Below, in pieces: positions 24,301 to 35,498 of a DNA stretch of 40,489 nucleotides (within the stretch, counting starts at the first letter, position 1; each line of letters starts with the position of its first letter). A program made the translations under genes and the position numbers. The notes under the pieces were generated by a model that made no database searches, was not told the DNA's origin, and worked only from the letters and a program-made list of their open reading frames with translations. The DNA is from Catajapyx aquilonaris (lineage: Eukaryota): contig JYFJ02003527.1 in NCBI GenBank assembly GCA_000934665.2, forward strand, positions 1 to 40,489, given 5' to 3'.

Positions 24301-25105
24301 CACTAACAAACCCCTTAGGGTGTACCGAGGCAAAGGGTGGTGCGCGCCCCCCATTTTGCTTTTTGATTAATTGATATGGCACACGAGGCAAGGGAAAGCC
24401 GGTCGTTCTTTGTTTCGCCAGGGGGGTAGGGGTGAGTCGGACCCTTTTGAAAACTGCGTGCTAAGTACCCCTCGGGGTTGAGCAGAAAAGGGGGGGACAC
24501 CCTACCGGCTTGCTTTTGAATGAGAGGACCACTTGACATGTTTCGATGTCGGTGCCGACAGTGGCGTGGATGTTCCAAAGGACTGGAGCCCCTGAGTTTG
24601 CCCTTCGATCACCTCAAAAGGCCACTTAACTATTAAAGAAGGGAGGGGAGATTGACCCCCAGGGGAACCTATATGCAAATTGAACTAGAAGCATCGTTAG
24701 TTAATGTTAATAATTATTTTAAGCTACGGTTCTCGTTACTTTTGCAACCTAACCATGTTTATCCTTCAGGACTGAACCAGACACAACAAATGTTGGGATC
24801 TCCTTCCCTCCGCCTCGTAACATTTCCCTCAACGCAACCCTCAATATTATGGTCCATAATGGCCTCATAATATCTTCCGGTTGGGATGCTGTGGAAACAC
24901 ATTAATAGAGGGGGTCGTCCCTAGTAGGAGCCCATCTCCGTGAGAAAAGGGCACATGGCACCCTCAGTCCCCCATTGTTGTTGCGGAGTGTGAGTCAGTT
25001 TTACCTGGTTTTGGCTTGATCCAGCGGTGCCATCTTGCATGGGCGTGTTCCCGGCTGTGGCCGCCAGGAAGCGCCGGGGAAGTGAGAGGAATGAGTCCCG
25101 CCAGC
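10712..25105 (-). CDS. ChAT: Choline O-acetyltransferase, probably 5'-incomplete; complement(join(10712..10927,10998..11198,11372..11504,11580..11702,12408..12882,12975..13146,14040..14220,16114..16286,18870..19070,25005..25105))
   Basis: Motifs LPKLPVPPL, ENWAYQWWLEDMY, PLPINSNPG, QPLCMEQYYRLF, NRWFDKTVQ, catalytic EHSPSEG, TYESASTRRF-GRVDCIRSA, LSTSQIPT and MGYGAVVPDGYGAAYNP. Ten exons join in phase (1976 nt) and lie next to VAChT. Confidence 0.96.
10998..11198 (-). CDS. ChAT: ChAT exon
   Basis: cgcag|DEDKAAL...GEGIDIHLLGLRE...LSTSQ|gtcaga. Confidence 0.93.
11231..11365. repeat. Inverted repeat filling a short ChAT intron
   Basis: ccgagaacgtgaaacatgggtcc...gtcctgcgcatgcgc pairs with gcgcatgcgcaggacccacttttcacgttttcgg. 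Confidence 0.7.
11372..11504 (-). CDS. ChAT: ChAT exon
   Basis: cacag|G LNRKMVATYESASTRRF...GEAP|gtgagt. Confidence 0.93.
11580..11702 (-). CDS. ChAT: ChAT exon
   Basis: ttcag|A LIDELDL...YGKDFIK...SPDAYLQLALQLTYY GG|gtatgc. Confidence 0.93.
12408..12882 (-). CDS. ChAT: ChAT exon with catalytic His (EHSPSEG)
   Basis: tccag|AT PTNRTSL...NRWFDK...EHSPSEG...HNID AG|gtgcat. Confidence 0.94.
12975..13146 (-). CDS. ChAT: ChAT exon
   Basis: tacag|FYVLKV...VGILTAERRDVWA...RS G|gtatgt. Confidence 0.92.
13203..13459. mobile_element. PIF/Harbinger-type (Tourist-like) MITE with TAA target duplication
   Basis: TAA|GGTTGTGTCCATAAAATACGTCA ... TGACGTACTTTATGTCGACCCC|TAA; imperfect TIRs. Confidence 0.6.
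14040..14220 (-). CDS. ChAT: ChAT exon
   Basis: aacag|A RALPQD...QPLCMEQYYRLF...YKKE|gtaaca. Confidence 0.92.
16114..16286 (-). CDS. ChAT: ChAT exon
   Basis: tccag|AYQWWLEDMY...PINSNPG...VLD AG|gtacgg. Confidence 0.93.
17253..17288 (-). mobile_element. tRNA-derived SINE fragment (B-box GGTTCGAATCCC)
   Basis: Minus strand reads gcagggttcgaatcccggacaggtccc; no 5' tRNA half, so not a tRNA gene. Confidence 0.5.
18092..18298. repeat. Degenerate minisatellite, ~11-bp unit TATTAGTAAGA
   Basis: Tandem copies directly visible. Confidence 0.9.
18305..18385. repeat. (TTA)n microsatellite, ~27 units
   Basis: Perfect trinucleotide run. Confidence 0.97.
18870..19070 (-). CDS. ChAT: ChAT exon
   Basis: ttcag|DDGKLPKLPVPPLE...YENW|gtgagt. 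Confidence 0.93.
20000..20188. repeat. Long hairpin (20000-20126) plus a third arm copy (20154-20188)
   Basis: ~60-bp arms around a 5-nt loop; 20154-20188 is the exact reverse complement of 20029-20063. Confidence 0.85.
25005..25105 (-). CDS. ChAT: ChAT N-terminal small exon (xWRDSFLSLPRRFLA...MQDGTAGSSQNQ)
   Basis: tttcctacacag|GC TGG... ...CAG|gtaaaa. Resembles the recalled Drosophila ChAT segment GWKDSILSIPKKWLS and is in phase with the next exon. Confidence 0.82.
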
Positions 25106-28100
25106 CTGTGTAGGAAACAAATTTAACTCTAGTTTAAAAAGTGTAACCAGAAGTATTTTTTTTCAGTCCAGTGAGTGGTGACAGGCAACACTGCTTCTTG
25201 TTTTATGCCCAGACTAGGATAGGCCTAACCAGCGCCATCTCATGTAGGTGTACTGTACCTTTACCAACAGCCACTTTTAACCTCCAGGCTTTAACTGGCC
25301 GTTTGTAAATAAATAAGCTTATTTAACCTATCATTTTCTACTAATAAAAAAACCATGTTAACTGACCGTTTAAAAGAACTAGTCAAAGTTAGCTTATGTA
25401 GCTGGAGAATCCGATCATTACTGGTTCATTTTACATTACTGTTGACCTTCTGTTCAGTAATGGAAAATACATGTACGTTCGTTTTTAGTGGTAATGAGAA
25501 TAAACTTTTGGTTGTTAAATTAACTGTGCTGTAAGGGCACATTATTTATTCAGTAGTGGTTTATGGGAGGGGTCGACTGTTACACTTCAAGGTTTCTGTT
25601 ACTCTACAATTCAGACCCACAGACGAAAATAGCAAGGTCGTAAGTACGCTGTAACATGCTGATTCAAAGGCAGAAGATCGGTGGTTAGGCCTCTGGTGTA
25701 ATGCATAATTCAACGACACTGCCAGCTCACCTGTATTTTTTGGGCCTGACTTTTGCAGGGTTTTCCTAAACTGCATAATAATCAACAACAGATCTGCATT
25801 TTGTTTAAATCCTAGACTGTTTGTGTGCAGAGTGGCCAAAGTAATTTGCATTGTTTTAAAATACTGCCTTTGAGTAATACGTGTCCTTTGTTCACAACGG
25901 TAATTGAATCGTAACTTCAGGAGTAGTAATGGGTAATATTGCTATAAAAGTTTGAATGCAGCCACTTTGTTAAGAAAACAAGACTTTCCGTCATGATTGT
26001 AGACTACCATCTCAGACTATTTTGAATGCAAAAGTAAGTTTCTGCATTAGTTTGAGTAACTCCTATTTACATGACAGGCCCTTTCAGTCGCTTATTATTT
26101 GGCCACATGTTTTATGTTATGAGCCATACTTTGAACGCCTATAGGCCCTACTTAGAAGTTTGGCTTTCTAATTAGCATTGGGATGTTTAAAAGCCTGCAG
26201 GAAAGACTATTGTATTGCCGGTAACAAGGCATTTACAGTGCACCTAGTGCAGTTACCTGCTTTATATGTTCATGTTTTGATAACTACTAGAAATCTCTAA
26301 CTGAAATTGTGACATACTGAGCAATTGTCAACACTATTTTCAGTCCAACCGTCAAAACCGATAATTTGGGTTGTATCATGCAAGGATGAAAAGTGACCCA
26401 AGTGGAAGGGTACCTTTGCAAAAATATATAGCTCTCACCAACTGTCAGGTGACAAATACCCATCTTTCTAAGCAATCCTCTTCTGGCATACATCACAATA
26501 AATTCAAAAGTGTCACACCACCCGGTAACGTCACCATTCATCCCACGCTGTCACCAACCTCCCCATAAGTCACACTATATCCAGAGTTTGTACGACACGT
26601 CACAATTCCCATCCACCCTACCCAAAAAATCAACATTTCTCTCCTCGTCTCTGATCTTTATCGAAAAAAAAAAAACTCATTCCCGGAAGGAGCGAGAGGA
26701 CCAAAAATTTTCCGGAGGCACGAATTTAGGTAGGGGGGGGGGGGACTGAGGCTGTTCCGGGGAGTGTTCCGGAGCGACGTGACGGGAGAGAAGAAAGGAT
26801 GGATGGCCCTTTGAGACCATTGCTGGAAAAGGAGGATTTTTCGCCTTTCCCCCCCCCCCTCCCCCATGTTGCTTTTTCTAGAAAGGTTTACTGTGGAGGA
26901 GAGAGGCTGGACCTCTTCGTTTCGTGATGGTGACTTTGGATCCATTAGTGTAGATTCATTGCCTGCCTTTTATTAGTATTGCTACAGAGTGAACTGAGAC
27001 CATCTCTGAAAGAAGCGGTCTCAACACCAAGATTATGACGGTGAAGAACGTCTTTAATACCAGGTATTGCAAAAGAAGTTTAACAAGATTTTTCTCGTCC
27101 CCTACTAAGTCAACACGATTGGGTTTCGACTTGAGCCTTTAAAACCGTTAGTTGAGCCTTCATGAATTTTTTCTAAGAGGGGGTGTACACTATGCTGTTT
27201 CCGGTCCACCTTTTCCCTATAGAGTAGTGCTTCATCTTGCAGTTGAAGATTTGGACACATTTACTGCGATTTCTTTGACTGCCTCAGGAGGATTTTGCTC
27301 CTGGAGGTGTATAGAGTCCATTGTGATCAAGTTTTAGGGTAGCAATCTTGACTTATCTGTCCCTTGAGAAATTGGCTATAACTTCAAAGTTAATATGTCT
27401 GAATACAAATGGCAGGGGTTATGTACCCGATAAGAAGGCAGGTTCCGGTAGGAAAGAACTTTGAATCACCAGCAATGGTCCCCCTCTTTTTTCCACACGC
27501 AAAGCTCAGGTGCTGACTCACAAAATTTATTCCTCATTAGGACCATGGAAGGGCGAGCGGATGGGGAAGTCTATTTCCCTCACTCCGGGACAGACCGAGG
27601 GTCTCCCTGGAATCAATGCCAGTTACAACTCCGGTTCTTAATGGATGGTATAGCAGAAGACGTGGGCCCACTGATATACACAGGGAGGCAACAAAAATAA
27701 AACACATGAAAATCCACTCAGCTCGTAACTTTGTAAACCAAATTTGCGTGGAAATTCCATTTCAATTTCGAAGTTTGAAAGTAGCCGGATGCTAATTTTA
27801 GGAATCTGCAAGCCAAATTGGCAGGTATTTTTTTGCGCAGGTGAGCAAATCGGCTCCCATTTAATTCAATCCAATTCTGAGCGCAAATTATCCGGATAAC
27901 TTATCGAGTTATATGTGTCAAAGAAGTCATCAAATGTAGAGTGGTTCTCCCTGCAACATATATTGTACATAGAGTGAATCGGACATGGTTTCTCGTCACC
28001 TCTGATTGAATAAGTCCGCACTTGTCGCGCTAACTAATGCAGGCCACCACTCCTCTCACGCAGCCTAATTAAGTAGGATTTACCTTCAGATCCCAGAGAT

Positions 28101-31100
28101 TCCCATCCAGCGTGGCAAATCCCATGCAGGGAAGGGTGGGAGATGGGGGAAGGAGCAGGAGGGAGTGGAAATGGATAAAAGGGCCCGAATCTGTTTCGTC
28201 GCACACCCAAAATAATTCTCTACAAGAGTCTAATAGCTTAGGTGATATTGTGTGATTTAAGCCCACCACAAAATAATGAAAGGTGTCCTAACAATGCTGT
28301 CCCGCCGAGTGATATGCTAGGCCATTATGCCTATTTAAACCTCCCAGGCTATATCTAGTAGCAATAAATGCTTTCTGTCCATTAATTTTATTTTTAAACA
28401 TATTTAGTGCAATGTATGAGTTCACCCTTACCTAAGTACACTGCGACAGGAACTAATTCAACCTCTCTTCACCACGTAACTTAAATCCAGCCTTGGTTAG
28501 GACTCAGAAATAATCGCACGAATAACAAAGCCAATCCTGGACCTAGGTTCGATTGGGTTTCCCTCACCCTCCAGATTCACAGGGAAGCTGGAGGAGTAGG
28601 GGGAGAGGGAAGGAGGGATTTGCCATGGCCAATTGAGTTTTCGCTCCTCTCTTGCCAAGGAACCCGATCTATAAATTTAATATCAATTTAAGAGATGAAA
28701 GCCATTTCATGCTTGGGGAGACGGCCCGAAAGCTCTTAATGCTGCGAATATTACACGCATCGACAACAAGGGATCCGTCCACGATGACACGTGTCCTAAC
28801 CATATACGTCATTCTATGCTCAAGGGAAAGATGGAACTTGTAGATACTGAACAAGTTAGTTGTTTACAGCAATTAGCACTTACCTTTTGCCTTGTCTTCA
28901 AATTCTTCCTGGGTATTTTCAGCTTGAATTTACAGCCTCCATATTTGCCCCCTCCCAGAGCAAACACTTCAAATTTTCCGCAGCTTATCCTAAGCCAAAC
29001 AAAACTATAGAAAATATCCCCCACCTCCCTATTGGGCTATATGTGCTATACCCTGCAGTCACAAATTGGAGCAAGCCAGTTACGATTGTCAAGGGTGCCA
29101 TTTGCCTGCTCTTGCTTTCCATGGCTTCCTTTTCTCTTTTCTCCCCTCCTAGCCAGCAGCATCCTGATAGCAACCTCCCAATTATTCCGGTCGACGATAA
29201 ACCCGGTGGGGGCAGAGGATACCTTGCCAAGTTTCGGGGGTTATTGCCCATCTGAACAGGATATTGCGTCCGGATTATGACACCTGATCCAATAAGCCGG
29301 TATAGCACAATTTTAACCTTTTCGGCACTTGAATTTAACGGAGATATCTAGCCACGTGTTATTTCTGACATGGCAGACTGAAATAACAGTCGTTGTGAAC
29401 AACTGGATACAAAATATTGGCATTATTATTCTAGTGTGTTGACATAAATTTTGATCAAGAGTGTTAATAACCGCTCGTATATTACACACGGATCCAAGTA
29501 AAAGTCAGGCTAACCCCTGTCCTTTATTACACTTTTATGATCCAAGTCTCCCCCCATATTACGACGAAAGAGCAATAACTGCACTCTGCGGGTGGTGGCA
29601 CCACTGATCCTCTGTGTGTCACTCACAAACCAATCCTGGATGATGGATTTAGGTAATCACAGACGTTTGTGATATTTTATATGCTGACTATATCATTTAC
29701 CGTTAGAGGGCGAGTGTATTTTATTTTATTGCCAGCGAACCATATGATTACTATCCTTGTTGGACCACCCTGTACTCTAGAAATTCTTTTCAGGGCATGG
29801 TCGTCCCTTCTGAAGCCTTAAAAATAAAATTGGCCACCATGCAGTCTGGAGCTGGAAGGACTTTGCGAGAAAAAAAACCGTGTCTTCTCCCCCTCTGCAT
29901 CGATCCCTGGTCTCATTCTTTCTGGGGGAAGGATTTGGCTTGATTCCTAACGAGCTTGTAAGGTCGTCGGTGGCAATGGTTTTGGGGTGCCCCTGACCAG
30001 AGAAGAGGATTCAGCCATTTCCAGCAATCCATCACACTGTCGACCCAACACATTTCGACTCACGCACAAGGATTTGCTACCAAACCCTCTTCCAAATTTT
30101 TCCTTATTTTTTTACAAAAAAAAATTCAATGACGATCAGTTTTTAATAAGTATCTTGACAGATTTTTCACTTCGGTACCGCCTGCCAATCTGTCCCATTA
30201 AAGTGTGACAGCAAGGCCACCTGTAATTATATTAAGTCGTTAAAAGCTGTCTGTTGCGGCAGACATTTTTGCATCATTTGATGGAAGGAATCTCCCTCAG
30301 ATCAACCCCTAGCTAATATTCCAAATGGGATGGTATGAGATGTGCTTAGTCACCATACCCTGGGGAGGTAGGTTTAAAGGAGTGAATATGAGATTTTAAA
30401 AATATTTAACATTAAATTGCAATACGATTTCACATAACTATAACAATGATTTAGATACTCCCCAGGCAACACCAAAGTGTGATAAGATTGCCTGGTTATT
30501 TTTCTGAGTTACACTGTCATTTCTATCATTTTCCCCTCGCCTTGCGTAAACCTTATCTGACAAATTAGCATGATTAGACAGGACTCAAATTAGTGCAGAG
30601 ACCTCTAGAGGGGAGATGGTGAAAAGAGGGGGAAAAAAATAATCGAAAGTAGGGTGCAAGTAGATAGGAAGTTGTTGGGTTCCTCCACCCCTCTTGAACC
30701 ACCCGAGTGTTTGGACCGTCTCGTCATTGCCGGTAATTGGGTTATTCCGCGGGAATTCTGCCCAACAGACGGAGGGGGAATCTTACAAGGACATTTTTTG
30801 TGTGAAGATGGGGGAAGAAGTCTGTAACTCGCTGAGGGAACTCAGTCGCTGAAAGTTTCGCTTGGGAAGAAGGGGAGATACCGTTTATGTACTGGTAAAT
30901 AAACGCTGCACTTATTTCCAACACTACGTTTGAGGAACAAAATGGCTGACATTAGGTTGTCAGAATACTGTTGTCCAGGGTTCTAGATGATGAGCGATTA
31001 TTAAAAGTGCATGTCACTGTATATCATATATATTATTCCTCTCGATCTAACCTAAACAGGATTTGCTGCTTTCACATTCACATTAATTTCAGCCATCTTT

Positions 31101-33605
31101 TTTTAGTACACTTCACTGTACATGTTCAGCTTTTGCATACAATATTCTCTTTAACAGCATTCGGTAACAAACCAACTTTGCAAGTATTTTTTTTGGCGTG
31201 AAAATGCACACAAGTACACACATAGGAGCTGCGTCCAACCAATCACATCCGTCCTGGTTAACAATGTTTTCTTATTTTCTTTTGGTAAATCTTGCCTCAC
31301 AACACGAAGAAGGGAACACGAGTCACACATCTTTTTTTAAAACTTAGTGTTCTTTTTTTTGTAAGAAAAGTTTCTATTGCACACACTTGTAGCAATTGTT
31401 CAGGTGACGCTAAGCACACTTGTTTTCAAGTTAAAGCTGTTAACACCTTCCAAATTATACACCTTATTAGATGGCAACAAAATAACAAACATTTTACTTC
31501 AACAAGAAGTAAGATAACTCAAACGCTACTTTTTTTTTGTTCACTCGAAGAAGACAATAATTGACTTTCGAAGTGACTGTTAAAATAATACTCTTATTGC
31601 TTGATGGGAAACTTGAACTCTGTACAAAGTTTTAACACGACACTAACTATAGTTCCATCTCTGTATAGTTTGGTGTCCTACGTCTATTTTTTTTTAATTT
31701 GCTCCGTTAACACCGATATTTCAATTTTTAAATATTTGGTAGACATTGTAGACAGTTATGTCACATCAGGTTATTACTATATATTTTTTGACTGGGGGGG
31801 TTGAGTAAACAGGAAACGATTTTGAAAATAGCCTCTACCTTTTACACAGGGCTTCGATGTTGCAATCATATCTGGATATTTGAACAGTGTGCTTCAGTAT
31901 GTGTTTTACATGTGTCTTTTTTATGTAATAGTGTACAGGTATGTGTGTGTATTAGCAGTTTTATTGCTGTAGTGACAATCTCCAAGCCCACAATTTTGTT
32001 GTTTTTTTTCGGCTGCGAAAAAATGCGAAGAGTTGTTTCAAAAGGACGTTCGGTGGATAATAGACACATATAACATTTACTGTCGGGTTTTTTTTTTGAA
32101 GTATTTAGGATTCAAGGTAGGGTCCCGCACGTCACAACAGGTCTGCACGATTGGTACCAATTTTTAAAAATTCACTCCTCAATATATATTTTGCATACAG
32201 AAGAAAGCTCTGACATACATGACCTACCATTTTTCCACATGTTCTGCGTGCGTTATTTTATATTTATAACATTACATCATTCCTGCAGGCACCAAGAAAA
32301 CGCTCAACAGCAACTCGTGTGATTTAGTCGTAAATCTGCAGATCCACAGTTGACTTGGAGTTAACACAACATTGTTACCGGGTCATCATCAAGTCGTAAA
32401 TTACACGACATGTTGGGAAGTTTTAACTGGTGATATCTTATGTTGGGGGAGTATTTTTTTATATAAACAAAAGCGCAACAATTCTTTCATAACATCCCAA
32501 TAAGAATTGGTGGAATATCACAAACATTCTATGTACATTAATATTACATCTACCAAGTGCACCTGATTGATCACACCGGACACTGAGGTCAGGGGTCATG
32601 AGGAGGAATGGGTCTAATTTTTTTTTGTTCATGACACTATTTTTAACATTTGGGGGGGGGGGGNGTGGGGGGTAACTACTTCACAAACTAAACACCGTTT
32701 GGCTCTGTGTAGTAGTCTATGTTCCTCCTCAATAAATCAAAAATAATTATACACAACTATTATTATTTAATTATTAAAGACAGGATTATTCTCACCCGAG
32801 AAATTGTCCCGACCACTTACATTTGTAATGATATGTGTTAGCCTTGGTTGTTGTCATGATTGTGACATCAGCACAAACTATGACACGATATAAGACCACA
32901 ATTAATTACGCATCGCGCAATATTAGCATTTGGGGGGGGAGGGTTATAATAGATATACACATTTGAAGTTTGCAATGGGGAGCTTGAATATATTGGCTTT
33001 AAAAAAATAATTATGCGCTACAATCATGTGGAGCGTGAATAATCTCGCATGACCCGTTCCAGAAATAAGCTTGCGTGAGTCGCGTGATCTATTAAACCTA
33101 CTTTCCTTTTAAAAAGAAAAATTCGGGGGAATATATATTTTTTTTCATGAAAGATTTAAATCAATTCGACGGAAGACTAATTCGTACGGAAAAAATGGAA
33201 CACTCCTTGCCCACACAATAGGCAATTTTTTTTAACACAATATAATACTGATATAACTAAGCACCTCTAATTTGCAATGTTAAAAGGCGTACCCTCACTT
33301 TTTTTTGTCCTATCAACAATGAGAATCTTAATGCAAATACTTGGTAAGAACAATTAATTTTTTTACCATGCGTGTAGCCATTTTCCTGATACTTAAAAAG
33401 GGAACTTACCTCGTTACATTCAGGTCTCGACATGTCAATTTTTCGACCCATTTTCTAAGCTGTTTAGGGGCAGTTGAAGCGAGAAAATGAAATTTTGGCA
33501 CGCCTTGTATGTAAGCCATATTGGTGATCCATTGAAGTGCTTGCTTTTTTATATATATTTTTTATCAGATATATTTGGATACTGGAGTGTCCAAGTACAG
33601 ACAAG

Positions 33606-35498
33606 TTAATACCCAAACCCTTGTTTGAACGGGTTGGATCCGGTGGTACCTTGCTGTACATTGCTGGCTGGCGTACTTTGCCTAAACGGATTGTTGTCCA
33701 CCGGTGCCTGCTGCTGGTATTGCTGCTGGGGTTGCTGTTGTTGGTACTGTTGAGGTTGTTGTTGCTGGTATTGTTGTTGCTGTGGTTGTGAGGAAGGCGG
33801 AACAGGAGGTCGGGATGATGCAGGTGGTCTGGAAGGCTGGTTCTGCTGGGAATAACCAGCCGACCCGTACGACTGGTCCTGCGACTGGTTGTGGTATCCG
33901 TTAGGACCGACAGCGTCTATGTTAGTCTCGGTGATCTGGGTCGCCTGTCCGTCGGCGCACGGTTCTTCCTGCAGCTTGGAGTAGAGGAGGTGGTTCTTGA
34001 GTTCGTTGAGTATCGGCCTTGGACCCGAGCTGTCGTGCATGGCGTATGTCTGGTACTGCTTGTCAGGTGGGTCGCCCATGATGATGTTGGCCTCGTCTTC
34101 GAACGGCTTGTAGTCGTAGATGTTACGCAGGAAGGCCAGTACCGGTACGTACATGAGGTTGGAGATCGCGATGCCGATGTTGAGAGCCACGAACCCGATC
34201 GTTTGAACCACACCGCCAGCGATGATGGGCCCGATTGCGTATGCCATGGAGTAGGATATGTCGGCTATGGCGTAGATGCTGCCGTACACCGACACATGCC
34301 GTACGTCCACCAGGTATCCGAGTGTCGGCAGCAACGCGGTGTCGATCAGCGCGATTCCGAAGCATATCCCGCATATGGGTATCATCAGCACCCAGTACGA
34401 CGTGGCCATCGGGACTATGAAGCAGCAGAGACCCTCCATGGCCAGACCAATTGCAGCCATGAGCCACTGGTACTGTGGGTACTTTTTAGCCATTTTGACA
34501 GTCAGCACCACGCCGAAGACATGTGGGAAGAAGGCCGGCAGCCAGATCATGCCCATCTGCCACTCCACCACGTCCATGTGGTCCATCATCCAGAGGGATA
34601 TGGTCGGCTCCAAGAAGGCCAGAGACACATTGGACATCATGAGTGCTCCTGCGCACACCGCGATGTACGGGTCCATCAGCAGCTGCCATATTGGGGTGCC
34701 CTTCTGGTGCTCCATACTCTGCTCCTTCAGGATCTGCTTGATCGGCTTCATCACCAGAAGCAGCATGAGACCATCAGCCAGACAGACAAATGCCAGGACC
34801 AGGAAGGGAAACTCCTTCCCGCAGAACTCGTACAGGATGCCTCCGAACGGGGGCGCTACCAGACACCCGAAAGAGATGAAGGCCAGGGCTATACCCAACG
34901 CCTGTTGTCGTTCGTTCTCTTCCGTGAACCTGTCCGCAATCATGGCCAGTCCGGATGTGTCAGCGAACGCGGACCCAACACCCTGAAGACTACGTGCAAA
35001 AAACAGCACGCTGTAGCTGGTACCGCACGCGAACACGGCCGTCGAGAAGAACATGATGGTGAGTCCGACCATCATCGGGATGTCGTACCCTATCCTGTCG
35101 ATCAGCGCTCCTGAGAAAGGGTTCACCATCAGCTGGATCATGGCTTTGGAGGCGAACAGCACCCCGATGGCCGAGTCTTCTCCTTCGTACACGATCATTC
35201 CTTTCATCAGCCTCCCAGGACCTGCCGCTACGCTGTAGTTTCCAGTGGCGTTGACGTGCCACGTGGGCGCATCGGTCACCATCACCTGGCCCTCGGTGTG
35301 AGTGTCCCACACCCCTATCTTCCGGAGGTAGTCCGGTATGATGGGCACGATGACCATATAGAGCATGTTGTCCAACAGGAGGGCTATGGACACGATGACC
35401 AGGACCAGCCTGCGTTGCGCCCTTGGTTCTTGAAGTCGGTCCCATAATGCGGCCCTCAGGTCGTTCAGCTCCAGGTTCAGCCCCGGTACCGTCGGCAT
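33606..35498 (-). CDS. VAChT: Vesicular acetylcholine transporter (SLC18A3), intronless, 630 aa
   Basis: Motifs ALLLDNMLYMVIVPIIPDYL, LFASKA, RSLQGVGSAFADT, LAFLEPTI, ALIDTALLPTL and YGSIYAIADISYS; Q-rich tail; Kozak ACCATG; same strand as and upstream of the ChAT exons. Confidence 0.97.
   Translation of the reverse strand: MPTVPGLNLELNDLRAALWDRLQEPRAQRRLVLVIVSIALLLDNMLYMVIVPIIPDYLRKIGVWDTHTEGQVMVTDAPTWHVNATGNYSVAAGPGRLMKGMIVYEGEDSAIGVLFASKAMIQLMVNPFSGALIDRIGYDIPMMVGLTIMFFSTAVFACGTSYSVLFFARSLQGVGSAFADTSGLAMIADRFTEENERQQALGIALAFISFGCLVAPPFGGILYEFCGKEFPFLVLAFVCLADGLMLLLVMKPIKQILKEQSMEHQKGTPIWQLLMDPYIAVCAGALMMSNVSLAFLEPTISLWMMDHMDVVEWQMGMIWLPAFFPHVFGVVLTVKMAKKYPQYQWLMAAIGLAMEGLCCFIVPMATSYWVLMIPICGICFGIALIDTALLPTLGYLVDVRHVSVYGSIYAIADISYSMAYAIGPIIAGGVVQTIGFVALNIGIAISNLMYVPVLAFLRNIYDYKPFEDEANIIMGDPPDKQYQTYAMHDSSGPRPILNELKNHLLYSKLQEEPCADGQATQITETNIDAVGPNGYHNQSQDQSYGSAGYSQQNQPSRPPASSRPPVPPSSQPQQQQYQQQQPQQYQQQQPQQQYQQQAPVDNNPFRQSTPASNVQQGTTGSNPFKQGFGY
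33706..33790 (-). repeat. Coding Gln-rich repeat in VAChT tail (QQYQQQQP-like x3)
   Basis: Translation SQPQQQQYQQQQPQQYQQQQPQQQYQQQA. Confidence 0.9.

Noticed and set aside
32652..32672. Poly-G tract containing an N (possible G-quadruplex)
   Set aside because: Homopolymer with an ambiguous base; length unreliable and no functional evidence.
19150..33500. Many 60-130 aa ORFs in the large ChAT introns
   Set aside because: Low-complexity or random composition, no motifs, no consistent splice phases; no transposase or RT ORF seen.
33891..35114. 407-aa and 236-aa + strand ORFs antisense to VAChT
   Set aside because: Shadow ORFs expected from GC-rich codon usage on the coding strand; no recognisable domain.
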